Shown piece by piece: positions 1 through 9,623 of a stretch of DNA of 32,000 nt. The notes under the pieces are model-generated. The model had not been told where the DNA came from and did no database searches. It saw nothing but the letters and a program-made list of their open reading frames with translations. How positions within the stretch are numbered: position 1 is the stretch's first letter; each line of letters begins with the position of its first letter. Source of the DNA: Candidatus Woesearchaeota archaeon (GTDB lineage: Archaea; Nanobdellota; Nanobdellia; Woesearchaeales; SM23-78); the NCBI GenBank assembly GCA_016935175.1, contig JAFGRK010000006.1, positions 30,005 through 62,004 on the forward strand. Reading direction: 5' to 3'. A program made the translations under genes and the position numbers.

Positions 1-658
1 AAAAAGTGAACATCATGCCCCCGCCAATAAGCACCTTATCAGCCTGCACCAGCATAGCCTGAATTATAGGAATCTTAGTCTTGAGCTTGGCGCCTCCCAG
101 TAATGCAATAATAGGCCTCTGCATGGTGCTGAAATCAAGATTCTCTAATTCTTTCTCAATCTGCAAGCCAATGCAGCCAGGCAAGAGCTTGGTTATGGCA
201 TGCATGCTGGCATGGGCACGATGGCAAGTGGCAAAGGCATTATTCACATAGATGTCAGCGCAAGAAGCAAGCTTTTTTGCGAATTCAATATCATTAGCCT
301 CTTCTTCCTTATGAAACCTCAGGTTCTCCAATAAGATGATTTTTTCATTCTCAGGAATCTTGATGTTAATGCAATCATCAAGCTTGCAGATGCTCTTGCC
401 AGAAAGCTTCATCAAGCGGATAGCGACCTTGTCCATGCATAATGGCTTTACAATTTTCCCCCCCGGAGAGCCCATGTGGCCCATGATAATTAATTGCTTG
501 GCGCCATCATCAAGGATTTTCTTGATAGTAGGGATGGCTGCCTTAAGCCTGGAGTCATCGCTGATATCGCCAGACTTCACATCCAAAGGCACATCCAAGT
601 CAGCCCTGAGAAGAACTTTCTTTTCTGTGAAATCCGCATCTTTCAATGTGTTAAGCAT
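1..658 (-). CDS. pgk: phosphoglycerate kinase, N-terminal ~219 codons (3' end runs off the window)
   Basis: Absent from the ORF track because there is no stop in the window. Reverse-strand translation from the ATG at 658-656 reads MLNTLKDADFTEKKVLLRADLDVPL..QLIIMGHMGSPGG..LENLRFHKEEE..VNNAFATCHRAHAS..LLGGAKLKTKIPII..KVLIGGGMMFTF, matching conserved PGK N-domain and hinge motifs. Confidence 0.9.
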   Translation of the reverse strand, partial: MLNTLKDADFTEKKVLLRADLDVPLDVKSGDISDDSRLKAAIPTIKKILDDGAKQLIIMGHMGSPGGKIVKPLCMDKVAIRLMKLSGKSICKLDDCINIKIPENEKIILLENLRFHKEEEANDIEFAKKLASCADIYVNNAFATCHRAHASMHAITKLLPGCIGLQIEKELENLDFSTMQRPIIALLGGAKLKTKIPIIQAMLVQADKVLIGGGMMFTF

Positions 659-680
659 GGGAAAGCTAAAGGGAAGGTTG

Positions 681-690
681 TATATAAAAA
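681..690 (-). promoter_or_regulatory. TATA box for pgk (leaderless transcript likely)
   Basis: tatataaaaa is centred ~27 nt upstream of the pgk ATG at 658, with no SD in between. Confidence 0.45.
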
Positions 691-955
691 TTGTGGAAAA
701 GCGAAAAAGCTGGATTTGACACTGAATGGTGAAAAAAATATCGGCGAAAAAGGGAAAGCTTTAAATTATAAGCATGATTACTCGCAACGTTCAAGTTGTT
801 ACAACAGAATAGTTAATTACTTTAAAAAAAGTAATTAAGGAGGCGGCTAGAAAAGAGATTTCTTACACAAAAGTTAACTAGCTACAACAACAGTTTAAAC
901 ACACTAAAAATAAATCTTAAAATAAAGCAAAAATAAATCAACGGAGGGTTGAAAA

Positions 956-3451
956 ATGAAATATAAATTTCTAATAGGGATTTTAATTGCGCTTATGTGC
1001 GTGACAGGAGTAAGCGCGGTTGCAACGAAAGAGTATTCTGACCAATCACTAAATGATTGGGGAAGCGGCAATTTTGATGATGTGTGGGATTTAACTGCTT
1101 GCGACCTAACCTTGTCGTACACTATTGATATGTCTGGACAAGTGACAGGCGGATGGACGCCTATTGAAATCGGATTAAGGGATGAAGGCTACCCTAACCT
1201 GGATCCAAACGATCATGCAGGGTTCATGTGGCAAAATTGGCAGCACACCACTCCCAATCCAGTTTCCGCGAATATCAACGACCATTTCCTACTTGCAAAA
1301 CATGGTTGGATGCTTGATGAAACTCAGTACGATGTAGATTCCTCAGGAAACATCGTTGCACCATTTGGAACATATAATAGCTATGCCATCTGGTTTGACC
1401 GTGACGGCGTAGATGAATGGCAAGATGACATGTGGCAATACAAAGACGGCATCACATACAACACAGGCGGAGTATATGATGTAGTTATACAATACCACGC
1501 AGTAGATGCCACAACAGGAACCATGATGGCAACCATTAATGGAGAAGCACAAGGGTTCAACGGAAACCCACCAGCACTCCAACCAGTAGGAAGAAGCTTC
1601 ACTGGCGATATGGCTAAAAAAATGGTGTTCTTTGGAAGAGGAAGTGGCGGCGGAGCTGTTCTGATTACTGACATTGAAGTAACTGGATGCGTTAACAGGT
1701 ACGCAGAAATCACCTCACCCAGCGCTGGAGAAACAGTAAGAGGAGAAGTTGACTTTGAAGCTTATCTTGTGGATGAAGGTGCAGAATCAGTTCAATGGGC
1801 TGTAAGAAAAGGAACTTGCGCAGCAGCAACCAACACCGTCTTCGGGAATGTAGATGGGTTCACCGATGCGTATGACTGGAATTATGACGCAGAAACATTC
1901 ACCCACACATTCTCAGCCACAGCAGACACCTGCGTATGGGAACCTGGAGACTACTGTTTCATCTTTAATCCGGGAGAAGGCGCAGGAGATACCAACATCA
2001 GGCTTACCCAGCTGTTCATACTTGACTGCGACCATGATGATGATGGCGTGCTATATCCTGAGGATTGCAATGACGACGACGCGGCAATCTATCCAGGAGC
2101 AGATGACTCTAATTGCAACGGAGTAGATGAAAACTGCGACGGCACTGCAGACGACGGCTACATCAATACACCTACTAATTGCGGGATTGGAGCATGCTAC
2201 GCAGCAGGAGAACTAACCTGTGTCAGCGGAACAGAAGTTGACACTTGCGTTGCAGGAACGCCAAGCGCAGAAGAGGATGATGACGTAGACAACAACTGCA
2301 ACGGCCAGGTGGATGAAGGCTTCTGCACAGATTCAAATACTGTGAAGCAGGACTTTGAAACCATAACTGTTCTTCCTAACGGGGCAACCTTCTCAACAAC
2401 TAGCAACTTAGAATCAGGAGATGAATACATTGTTGAGGCAAGCGGAACATATGATTACGGCCCTAGCATTGCTGACGCAAAATGCAGTGAAAGGACTGGC
2501 GTAATTTACGGCCCTGGATGGGTGCCTGGAGAATTACTGCCCGCGCCCTGGCAATACTTCCTCCAGATGTGGATAGACGGCAGCCACGTTAGCGATAACT
2601 GGGGCTTAACCTGTGATGAAATAGGCCACACATATGCAACATCAATAACTGGAGACGGAACCACAATCGATTTCAGCATAATTGACAGCTCATACACCGA
2701 CAACAGTGGCTCCTTGACTGCAAAGATATCTTATTGCAATCCTGATGTTGATGATGACGGAGTATTGAACCAAGATGATATGTGCCCAGACACCGTCGCT
2801 GATGCGCCAACTGATGGGCTTGGAACTAACAGATGGGTATGGAATGGAGAAGAATGGGTGACAAAAGTAAGTAAAGGAACAGGCCCAAAAGAGACATACA
2901 CCATTGAAAGCACTTACGGATGCAGCTGTGACCAGATTCTTGCAGTGATTGAGGATAAGACAGACCTTGACTTCGAAGGCCACCACAAGTACGGATGCAG
3001 CAAGAGCATACTAGAGGACTGGATAGCTGGAGAATACTATGTTGGGCCGACTTTTGTTGAGACAATAAGCGTACCTACTAACACAGCGACACCAACAGAG
3101 AGTGTAGCAACATTAGAAACAGACAAGGATTACTTCCTAAAGGCTTACGGTACTGCAGATGCCGGGGATAGTATCGAGTTTGACGCAAAGTATAGCTTCC
3201 GAACAGGCAGCAGCATTGAATGGACTGATGCGGTATCAACCTATGAGAGCTATGGCGCATACTTGCTTGACCTGTATGTTGATAACACAAATGTCGATTG
3301 GGGAGCATACAATGAAGAGCACATATATCAGATACCTTATGAAGGAACAGGAAACAAGCTCTCATTGCACATATATGATGTGTACTACCCTAACAACGTC
3401 GGAAACCTATTTGTAGAGTTGATCGAGGACAAGTGGGTCGACCTCTGGTAA
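956..3451 (+). CDS. large secreted multidomain surface protein (signal peptide, Ig-like region, MopE-like Cys-rich metal-binding motif, TSP3-like Ca-binding motifs, two copies of an uncharacterised C-terminal module)
   Basis: 831-aa ORF with GGAGGG at 943-948, 7 nt before the ATG. The N-terminus MKYKFLIGILIALMCVTGVSAVA is signal-peptide-like. EDCNDDDAAIYPGADDSNCNGVDENCDG plus CGIGAC..CVSG..C..NNCNGQVDEG match the MopE-type motif. DVDDDGVLNQDDMCPD is thrombospondin-type-3-like. The C-terminal modules are shared with the next gene. Confidence 0.85.
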   Translation: MKYKFLIGILIALMCVTGVSAVATKEYSDQSLNDWGSGNFDDVWDLTACDLTLSYTIDMSGQVTGGWTPIEIGLRDEGYPNLDPNDHAGFMWQNWQHTTPNPVSANINDHFLLAKHGWMLDETQYDVDSSGNIVAPFGTYNSYAIWFDRDGVDEWQDDMWQYKDGITYNTGGVYDVVIQYHAVDATTGTMMATINGEAQGFNGNPPALQPVGRSFTGDMAKKMVFFGRGSGGGAVLITDIEVTGCVNRYAEITSPSAGETVRGEVDFEAYLVDEGAESVQWAVRKGTCAAATNTVFGNVDGFTDAYDWNYDAETFTHTFSATADTCVWEPGDYCFIFNPGEGAGDTNIRLTQLFILDCDHDDDGVLYPEDCNDDDAAIYPGADDSNCNGVDENCDGTADDGYINTPTNCGIGACYAAGELTCVSGTEVDTCVAGTPSAEEDDDVDNNCNGQVDEGFCTDSNTVKQDFETITVLPNGATFSTTSNLESGDEYIVEASGTYDYGPSIADAKCSERTGVIYGPGWVPGELLPAPWQYFLQMWIDGSHVSDNWGLTCDEIGHTYATSITGDGTTIDFSIIDSSYTDNSGSLTAKISYCNPDVDDDGVLNQDDMCPDTVADAPTDGLGTNRWVWNGEEWVTKVSKGTGPKETYTIESTYGCSCDQILAVIEDKTDLDFEGHHKYGCSKSILEDWIAGEYYVGPTFVETISVPTNTATPTESVATLETDKDYFLKAYGTADAGDSIEFDAKYSFRTGSSIEWTDAVSTYESYGAYLLDLYVDNTNVDWGAYNEEHIYQIPYEGTGNKLSLHIYDVYYPNNVGNLFVELIEDKWVDLW

Positions 3452-3463
3452 AGACTCTTTAAA

Positions 3464-3490
3464 TTTTTTTTATTTTACAATTTTTTATTT
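3464..3490 (+). terminator. oligo-T termination tract
   Basis: T8 and T6 runs lie directly after the stop at 3449-3451. Archaeal terminators are oligo-T. Confidence 0.4.
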
Positions 3491-3557
3491 AATTTAAGTA
3501 CAAAGCAAGAATAAATCCCGCCTCTAATCATGACAGGCAGGAATGGAGGAAAAGAAA

Positions 3558-4991
3558 ATGAGAAAGATAGTATTAATAGCAACGATAATGACGCTGCTAG
3601 TTGCTTTTCAAGTAGCTGCGCTCCCGACAGGATTGGTTGGATGGTGGCAGCTGGACCAGAATGCTGAAGACTCTTCGGACAATAATTTTGATGGGACACT
3701 GATAGGGACAGAAAATTATGAGGAAAGAGCCGGTTTTGGGTATGCTCACCTATTTGATGGGGCAACATACTTCCAGATACCTAGAGACCCATTGCTTGAG
3801 CCGCAAAACATAATATCAGTAGAGGCCTGGGTTAAAAGGGATGGCTCTCCAGGTGCTTACAAGCACATTGTTGCTAAGGGCTCAATTGGTTGTGGCTCAT
3901 CTTCCTATGCTTTTTACACTGGCGGCTCAGGGGGGCTATCATTCTATGTGACCACAGCTGGCTACAAATTATCCCCTTCAGTAGCACCAGCAGCAATCTG
4001 GGATAATGAGTGGCATCACATTGCCGGAACATATGACGGGGCTTACGTAAGATTGTATGTTGATGGCGTTGAGGTCGGAACTGGGACTAGTGCAACAGGA
4101 AACATAGTTTATCCTGTGGAAGACTTGTATTTCGGCAGGTTCAATGAAATGTGCGGAGGGTACAACTACTTCCAGTACAGCGGCTACCTTGATGATGTAA
4201 GGATATGGAACATCGCGTTGACCGCAGACCAGCTCGCTTACTACGACCAGGACTTTGACTGGGTATTTGGCGATGATGACAAATGCGCAGGAACAGTAGT
4301 TGATGTTCCAGATGAAAACCTAGGTGTCAACAGGCATGTCTGGTATGGAGGAGACTACTTTACCACATTAGTGCCTGCAAAAAAAGGAACATTCATTGAA
4401 GAAGCTTCACCTTTCTCAATGGCTGACACCCTAGGTTGCAGCTGTGAGCAAATACTTCAAAAACTAAAGGATGAGTTCGGAGCTCAAATGGTTGGCCACT
4501 GGAATTTTGGATGCAGCAAGAGCGTGATGGATGACTTCGTTCTCGACATGAGCGACGGAGTGTTTGACGGGCTTTACCTTCTTGATACGGTGACTGTTCC
4601 ATCAAACCAGAACATTGCATCTGCTGTTGAGGTTATCATGCCAGACCAAACCTACATATTAGAGGCAAGCGGCACTTATCAATACGCCACCTGGGCAGGA
4701 ATCCCTGTAGCTGACGCTAAATGCTCTTGGAGAGGAACAGCTGATCCTTTAGGGTATATCAACCAATGGCTAAGCGGCGACCTGCTTCCTTCACCTTACA
4801 CCAACTATCTAGAAATAAAAGTGAATGGGGGCGTAGTGGACTGGGGAGTTCCTTCAGGAACATGCAATGCCGACAACATATACAAGATGGAGATTACTGG
4901 TGTAGACCATTTAGATTTCAACATCTATGATGGCGGCGCTACTGGTGACAACAGCGGAAGCATAACTGTGAAAATCTTTGCACAGGTCTAA
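3558..4991 (+). CDS. secreted LamG (concanavalin-A-like lectin/glucanase fold) protein with shared C-terminal modules
   Basis: The track ORF starts at 3543, but GGAGG at 3545-3549 sits 8 nt before the ATG at 3558, giving MRKIVLIATIMTLLVAFQVAALP (signal peptide). The Laminin_G_3-type pattern LVGWWQLD..FDG..ISVEAWVK..WHHIAGTYDG..VRLYVDGVEV..YSGYLDDVRIWNIALTADQL is present. The C-terminal 240 aa are paralogous to aa 595-695 and 465-594 of the 831-aa protein. Confidence 0.85.
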   Translation: MRKIVLIATIMTLLVAFQVAALPTGLVGWWQLDQNAEDSSDNNFDGTLIGTENYEERAGFGYAHLFDGATYFQIPRDPLLEPQNIISVEAWVKRDGSPGAYKHIVAKGSIGCGSSSYAFYTGGSGGLSFYVTTAGYKLSPSVAPAAIWDNEWHHIAGTYDGAYVRLYVDGVEVGTGTSATGNIVYPVEDLYFGRFNEMCGGYNYFQYSGYLDDVRIWNIALTADQLAYYDQDFDWVFGDDDKCAGTVVDVPDENLGVNRHVWYGGDYFTTLVPAKKGTFIEEASPFSMADTLGCSCEQILQKLKDEFGAQMVGHWNFGCSKSVMDDFVLDMSDGVFDGLYLLDTVTVPSNQNIASAVEVIMPDQTYILEASGTYQYATWAGIPVADAKCSWRGTADPLGYINQWLSGDLLPSPYTNYLEIKVNGGVVDWGVPSGTCNADNIYKMEITGVDHLDFNIYDGGATGDNSGSITVKIFAQV

Positions 4992-5005
4992 AAACCCTTC
5001 CAAAC

Positions 5006-5031
5006 TTTTTCTTTTCTTTTTTTCTTCTTTT
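5006..5031 (+). terminator. T-rich termination tract
   Basis: ctttttcttttctttttttcttctttt follows the stop at 4989-4991. Confidence 0.4.
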
Positions 5032-5093
5032 CCCTTCCCAACAGAAACATTTATATTCTTTTAGGTTAATAAGTTATCAAGAGGTGTTTTTTT

Positions 5094-5666
5094 GTGAGGG
5101 ATAGGTTTGCTTTCAGCATCAGCATATTAGTGGTTGTAGCCTTGACTGCTATCATTGGCATGATCGGCGTCTTTGGCGCTGCTGGTGGAAGTGATTTCCA
5201 GGAGCAGCTCAGCGGCAATGGCTTCATCTTTCAGGCTGTGAGCGTGACTGACGGTGACAGGATTAAGGAGATTACCACTGCTAAGGTTTCTTTTGGCGGC
5301 AAGCTTGGCTTTGGCAAGGACAACGAACCTGCTGGCAATTGGCATGTGAAGTTCTTTGACGTTGGCAATAATGAGTTGGATGGCTCCCAGTTCCGCTCTG
5401 CAAAGATCATTTCCTTGAGGTTTGACGATGCTTGCGGCAAGTCTGCGCATTTCTCTGCTCTTGGCAAATTGGATAATGAGCTGGGGTGGAACTTATTGGT
5501 GGACGCCTCAGCAGCTGACCCTGTCTCTGGCCATGAGGCTAATATTAGGGTTAGGCTCAGCCACCCTGTTTATGGGGAGGTTTATGACAGCGCTTCTGAG
5601 TTTACAAGCGTTGATTATTGCATTGGCCAGACTTTAGTGGATTCTGGCAACCTGAACTTCAGGTGA
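5094..5666 (+). CDS. small membrane-anchored/secreted hypothetical protein
   Basis: GTG start with GAGGTG at 5081-5086. A TATA-like catttatatt lies at 5048-5057. The N-terminal hydrophobic segment is FSISILVVVALTAIIGMIGVFGAAGG. No recognisable domain. Confidence 0.65.
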   Translation: MRDRFAFSISILVVVALTAIIGMIGVFGAAGGSDFQEQLSGNGFIFQAVSVTDGDRIKEITTAKVSFGGKLGFGKDNEPAGNWHVKFFDVGNNELDGSQFRSAKIISLRFDDACGKSAHFSALGKLDNELGWNLLVDASAADPVSGHEANIRVRLSHPVYGEVYDSASEFTSVDYCIGQTLVDSGNLNFR

Positions 5667-5693
5667 TTTATTCTCGATAGCTAATAAGGAACA

Positions 5694-5701
5694 TTTATAA
5701 A
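5694..5701 (+). promoter_or_regulatory. TATA box (aacatttataaa) for the 5728 gene
   Basis: tttataaa is centred ~31 nt upstream of the ATG at 5728 with no SD. The same acatttata core recurs at 5048 and 22461. Confidence 0.5.
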
Positions 5702-5727
5702 TCATTATAGATTACCTTCTTATCACA

Positions 5728-7266
5728 ATGAAACATACAATAGTCATAAGCATATTTATGTTGTTTCTAGTGGCAGTTTTTTCTTCTGCCCAGCAAAGCG
5801 AAGAGTTAAGTGTTGAAGCAGGCACTACTCCTGGCAACTTGTTCTACGGCTTGGACAGGGCTATGGAGAACATCCAATTAGCCATGACAAGGGATCATTT
5901 CAAGAAGGCTGAGCTTCACTTGAAGCATGCTGAGGAAAGGTTGGCGGAGATGAACCAATTAATTGAGAGGAACAAGCTCAAGCACGTGGAGAACCTTGCC
6001 AAGGAGCATGATGAATCATTATCCAATGCAGAGGCTGAGGTCGAAGAGGCAGAAGCCAATGGCCAGGATGCTTCTGCAGTAAGGCAGCACGTGGCTGAGA
6101 TGAATCAAAAGCACGTCCTTGTGCTGCAAAGAGTGCTGGAAAAAGTGCCTGAGCAGGCCAAGGAGAGCATACAGAGAGCAATCAACAAATCCATATCTGG
6201 CTATCAGAAAGCAACCATGAACATGGAAGCCAAGGAGACTGGCAAGCCAGCAGATGTGCCTAAGCCAGAGAAAGGAGAGCAGGAAATGGAAAAGGAGCAA
6301 GGAGAAGAGCCTGGCCCTGAGCAGGAGATGGAACAGGAAGCCAAGGGCGAGGGCAAGCTCAAGATGCAAATCACTGACAAGCCTGCCTCTTTGAATATAT
6401 CTAAGCTCGAAGTCACCATCTCAAGCGTCAAAGTCCACACTTCATCATCTTCCTTTGAAGGCGAGACTTGCGAGAACGAGACTTACATTGATGAGGAATG
6501 CGAGAACGAAACAATTATCATCAACCAGACCTGCGAGAACATTACAGAAGTCCGAGAGGTATGCACTAACATAACAGAGATAGTCGAAGTCTGCACTAAC
6601 ATCACAGAAGAGCAGGAAGTGTGCGTGAATGAGACTTTCTATAACTACACCTGCGCAGAAGACGTTTGTGATGGAGGAGTATTTGTGGAAGATGAGTGCG
6701 TGAACGGAACGCTCATCCCTGGCGAGTGCACTAATGAGTCCTATGAAGCTCCAGTTTGCAGCATGGAAAACATAACAATAGGGCAAGAGTGCGTCAACGA
6801 GACTATTGTGACAGGCCAGGAATGCGTAAATGAGACTGTGATTATTGGTGAAACATGCGTTAATGAGACTGAAATCCAAGAGGTATGTGAAAACGTGACC
6901 AAGACCAGGATTGTCTGCACTGACGTCTCAGGAGACGGAACAGCTGGCTGGCACACAGTGGTTGACGAAGCCAAGACCTTTAACTTAATGGACTTGATAG
7001 ATGTCAAGGAATTTCTAGGTGAGACTACTCTTGGGGCTGGCAACTACCAGCAGATAAGGCTGATTGTGTCAGATGCAAAGCTTTGGATTAGCGGAGAGGA
7101 GAAAGCCTTGAAGATACCTAGCGGCAGCATAAAGCTCATAAAGCCTTTCAGCATCGAAGCAGGCCAGACCACTACCTTGACCATTGACTTTGACGCGCAC
7201 CAGTCAGTTCACCAGGCAGGCTCACAGTACATCATGAAGCCTACCATAAAGGTGATTGTAGAATAA
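5728..7266 (+). CDS. secreted DUF4382-family protein with an N-terminal helical region, an E-rich linker and an inserted Cys/N-glycosylation-sequon repeat array
   Basis: Signal peptide MKHTIVISIFMLFLVAVFSSAQQ. PGNLFYGLDRAMENIQLAM..AELHLKHAEERLAEM is a DUF5667-like helical region. LKMQITDKPA..LEVTISSVKVH ... GWHTVVDEAKTFNLMDL..GNYQQIRLIV..LKIPSGSIKLIKPFSIEAG..LTIDFDAHQSV..YIMKPTIKV matches the DUF4382 pattern. Confidence 0.8.
   Translation: MKHTIVISIFMLFLVAVFSSAQQSEELSVEAGTTPGNLFYGLDRAMENIQLAMTRDHFKKAELHLKHAEERLAEMNQLIERNKLKHVENLAKEHDESLSNAEAEVEEAEANGQDASAVRQHVAEMNQKHVLVLQRVLEKVPEQAKESIQRAINKSISGYQKATMNMEAKETGKPADVPKPEKGEQEMEKEQGEEPGPEQEMEQEAKGEGKLKMQITDKPASLNISKLEVTISSVKVHTSSSSFEGETCENETYIDEECENETIIINQTCENITEVREVCTNITEIVEVCTNITEEQEVCVNETFYNYTCAEDVCDGGVFVEDECVNGTLIPGECTNESYEAPVCSMENITIGQECVNETIVTGQECVNETVIIGETCVNETEIQEVCENVTKTRIVCTDVSGDGTAGWHTVVDEAKTFNLMDLIDVKEFLGETTLGAGNYQQIRLIVSDAKLWISGEEKALKIPSGSIKLIKPFSIEAGQTTTLTIDFDAHQSVHQAGSQYIMKPTIKVIVE
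6463..6921 (+). repeat. in-frame degenerate tandem repeats encoding ~15 C-x-N-x-(T/S) units
   Basis: Translation reads CENETYIDEECENETIIINQTCENITEVREVCTNITEIVEVCTNITEEQEVCVNET...CVNETIVTGQECVNETVIIGETCVNETEIQEVCENVTKTRIVC, with a period of ~10-11 aa. Confidence 0.85.
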
Positions 7267-7275
7267 GATTATTTG

Positions 7276-7292
7276 TTTTTTTTCCTTTTTTT
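7276..7292 (+). terminator. oligo-T tracts in a convergent intergenic region
   Basis: T8 and T7 runs follow the stop at 7264-7266. The region is shared with the 3' end of the minus-strand MgtC gene. Confidence 0.4.
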
Positions 7293-7341
7293 ATTTATTA
7301 TTTTCTTATGGCTTAGTTATTATCTTTAAGGCCTTACCCAG

Positions 7342-7806
7342 CTATTTTTTCTTCTTAGCCTTAGAATCATCCTTATTAGGCTCTTCTGGCGGGCCGTGCT
7401 CACCGAAATGAGGGAGCCTGAGCACTGAGAAGGCAAGAAGGGTTGCTATGACTGCTAACATGTACCATCCAAAGCCAATAGCCATGCCTATGGCTGCTGA
7501 CATCCACACAGTAGCAGCAGTAGTCACTCCCCTAACAGAGCCTTTGTGCTGCATGATTATGCCTGCGCCAAGAAATCCTATCCCTGTCACTATGTTTGCA
7601 GCAATCCTTGTGGAAGAGTCAGAGCTTACATTCACTGATAGCATGGTGAAGAGCATGGCTCCCATGCAAACCAAGGTCTGGGTCCTAACACCTGCAGGCT
7701 TCTCCCTTGAGCCTCGCTCATAACCTATGAGAAAGCCAGCTATGAAAGCGAACACAAAGCCTATCAGGAACTTCAGCTCCAATGATATCATTGCTTCATC
7801 TATCAT
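7342..7806 (-). CDS. mgtC: MgtC/SapB family membrane protein
   Basis: GYERGSREKPAGVRTQTLVCMGAMLFTMLS..TGIGFLGAGIIM..VRGVTTAATVWMSAAIGMAIGFGWY is the MgtC signature. The start lies 22 nt after the gap stop, so it is probably co-transcribed. Confidence 0.85.
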   Translation of the reverse strand: MIDEAMISLELKFLIGFVFAFIAGFLIGYERGSREKPAGVRTQTLVCMGAMLFTMLSVNVSSDSSTRIAANIVTGIGFLGAGIIMQHKGSVRGVTTAATVWMSAAIGMAIGFGWYMLAVIATLLAFSVLRLPHFGEHGPPEEPNKDDSKAKKKK

Positions 7807-7828
7807 AATCCCAGCCTTTTACCAAGAA

Positions 7829-8842
<1,014 letters not shown>

Positions 8843-8914
8843 TTACTTTGCTAACCCTTAGCATAACCTCTTTTTTTAAACATTATGAAACAGGGAACAA
8901 TATTAAACAAGGAA

Positions 8915-9163
8915 TTAAATGGTATTCTTAAAATTTTCGTGAGTCTCCTTCCATATCTCCTCAAAGCTGGCCATCTTCTTCCTGATGACTATATTGGTCA
9001 AGGCCTCTACCTGGGCCCTCAGCATAGCCTGCTTGTACATGCTGATAAGAAGAAGCTCTTTTAGCTCCTGGCCTGACAAGTCCTTTAGCTGCTTTTCAAA
9101 AGCCTTGGCAGCATGGTTATTCATGCCAGCCTCTTTCACCTCAATTTTTTTCCCCTTACCCAT
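8915..9163 (-). CDS. small coiled-coil hypothetical protein (82 aa)
   Basis: The track ORF (to 9412) overlaps the divergent gene and its promoter. An internal ATG at 9163 (MGKGKKIEVKEAG...) lies ~29 nt downstream of the palindromic TATA tttataaa (9189-9196). Confidence 0.55.
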   Translation of the reverse strand: MGKGKKIEVKEAGMNNHAAKAFEKQLKDLSGQELKELLLISMYKQAMLRAQVEALTNIVIRKKMASFEEIWKETHENFKNTI

Positions 9164-9226
9164 CAAATGCCACTTAAACAACAGCAGTTTATAAATTTTA
9201 TTATATGCGCTTACCATTATCAGTAA

Positions 9227-9236
9227 CTTTATATAC
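9227..9236 (+). promoter_or_regulatory. TATA box for the 9258 gene
   Basis: ctttatatac is centred 26 nt upstream of the ATG at 9258, with no SD. Confidence 0.45.
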
Positions 9237-9257
9237 AAAGGCACTGTAACATTAATC

Positions 9258-9578
9258 ATGCGGGCAATAATCATTCTCTTCATCATGGCAACATTGATTA
9301 TTAGCGGCTGCTTCAAGGAGCTCCCATTAGAGCAGGTGCAGGCATGCAAGTTTGACAGCGACTGCATAGACGTGTTTGACGCTGGGTGCTGCAAGTGCCC
9401 AACCACTATCAATAGCGATTACAAGGAATATTGGGATGAGCTGACCAGGCACAAGAGCAAAGGCTGCGAAGGCGCAGTATGTGATCCTTGCCCGCCAAAA
9501 GCCATAGGCACAGAGTGCAAGGAAGGAATATGCGTGATGATGTATTCTCCAGTAGGATTGGCCGGGACCATAGAATAG
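9258..9578 (+). CDS. small Cys-rich putative lipoprotein
   Basis: MRAIIILFIMATLIISGC has a signal peptide plus a lipobox-like ISGC. The ~88-aa mature part contains 10 further Cys. Confidence 0.65.
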   Translation: MRAIIILFIMATLIISGCFKELPLEQVQACKFDSDCIDVFDAGCCKCPTTINSDYKEYWDELTRHKSKGCEGAVCDPCPPKAIGTECKEGICVMMYSPVGLAGTIE

Positions 9579-9623
9579 AGCAGACACTATAGGATAAGAT
9601 AGTAAAAGAGTAAAAAGATCATC

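Noticed and set aside
336-838. Plus-strand track ORFs 336-719 and 494-838
   Set aside because: They lie antisense to, or overlap, the clearly recognisable pgk reading frame and its promoter. Their translations are low-complexity with no motifs.
6445-6879. 144-aa minus-strand ORF, plus other long antisense ORFs (12269-12589, 24280-24714, 1381-1713)
   Set aside because: Each lies fully inside a sense gene with strong motif support. They have no start-site signals and no recognisable motifs.
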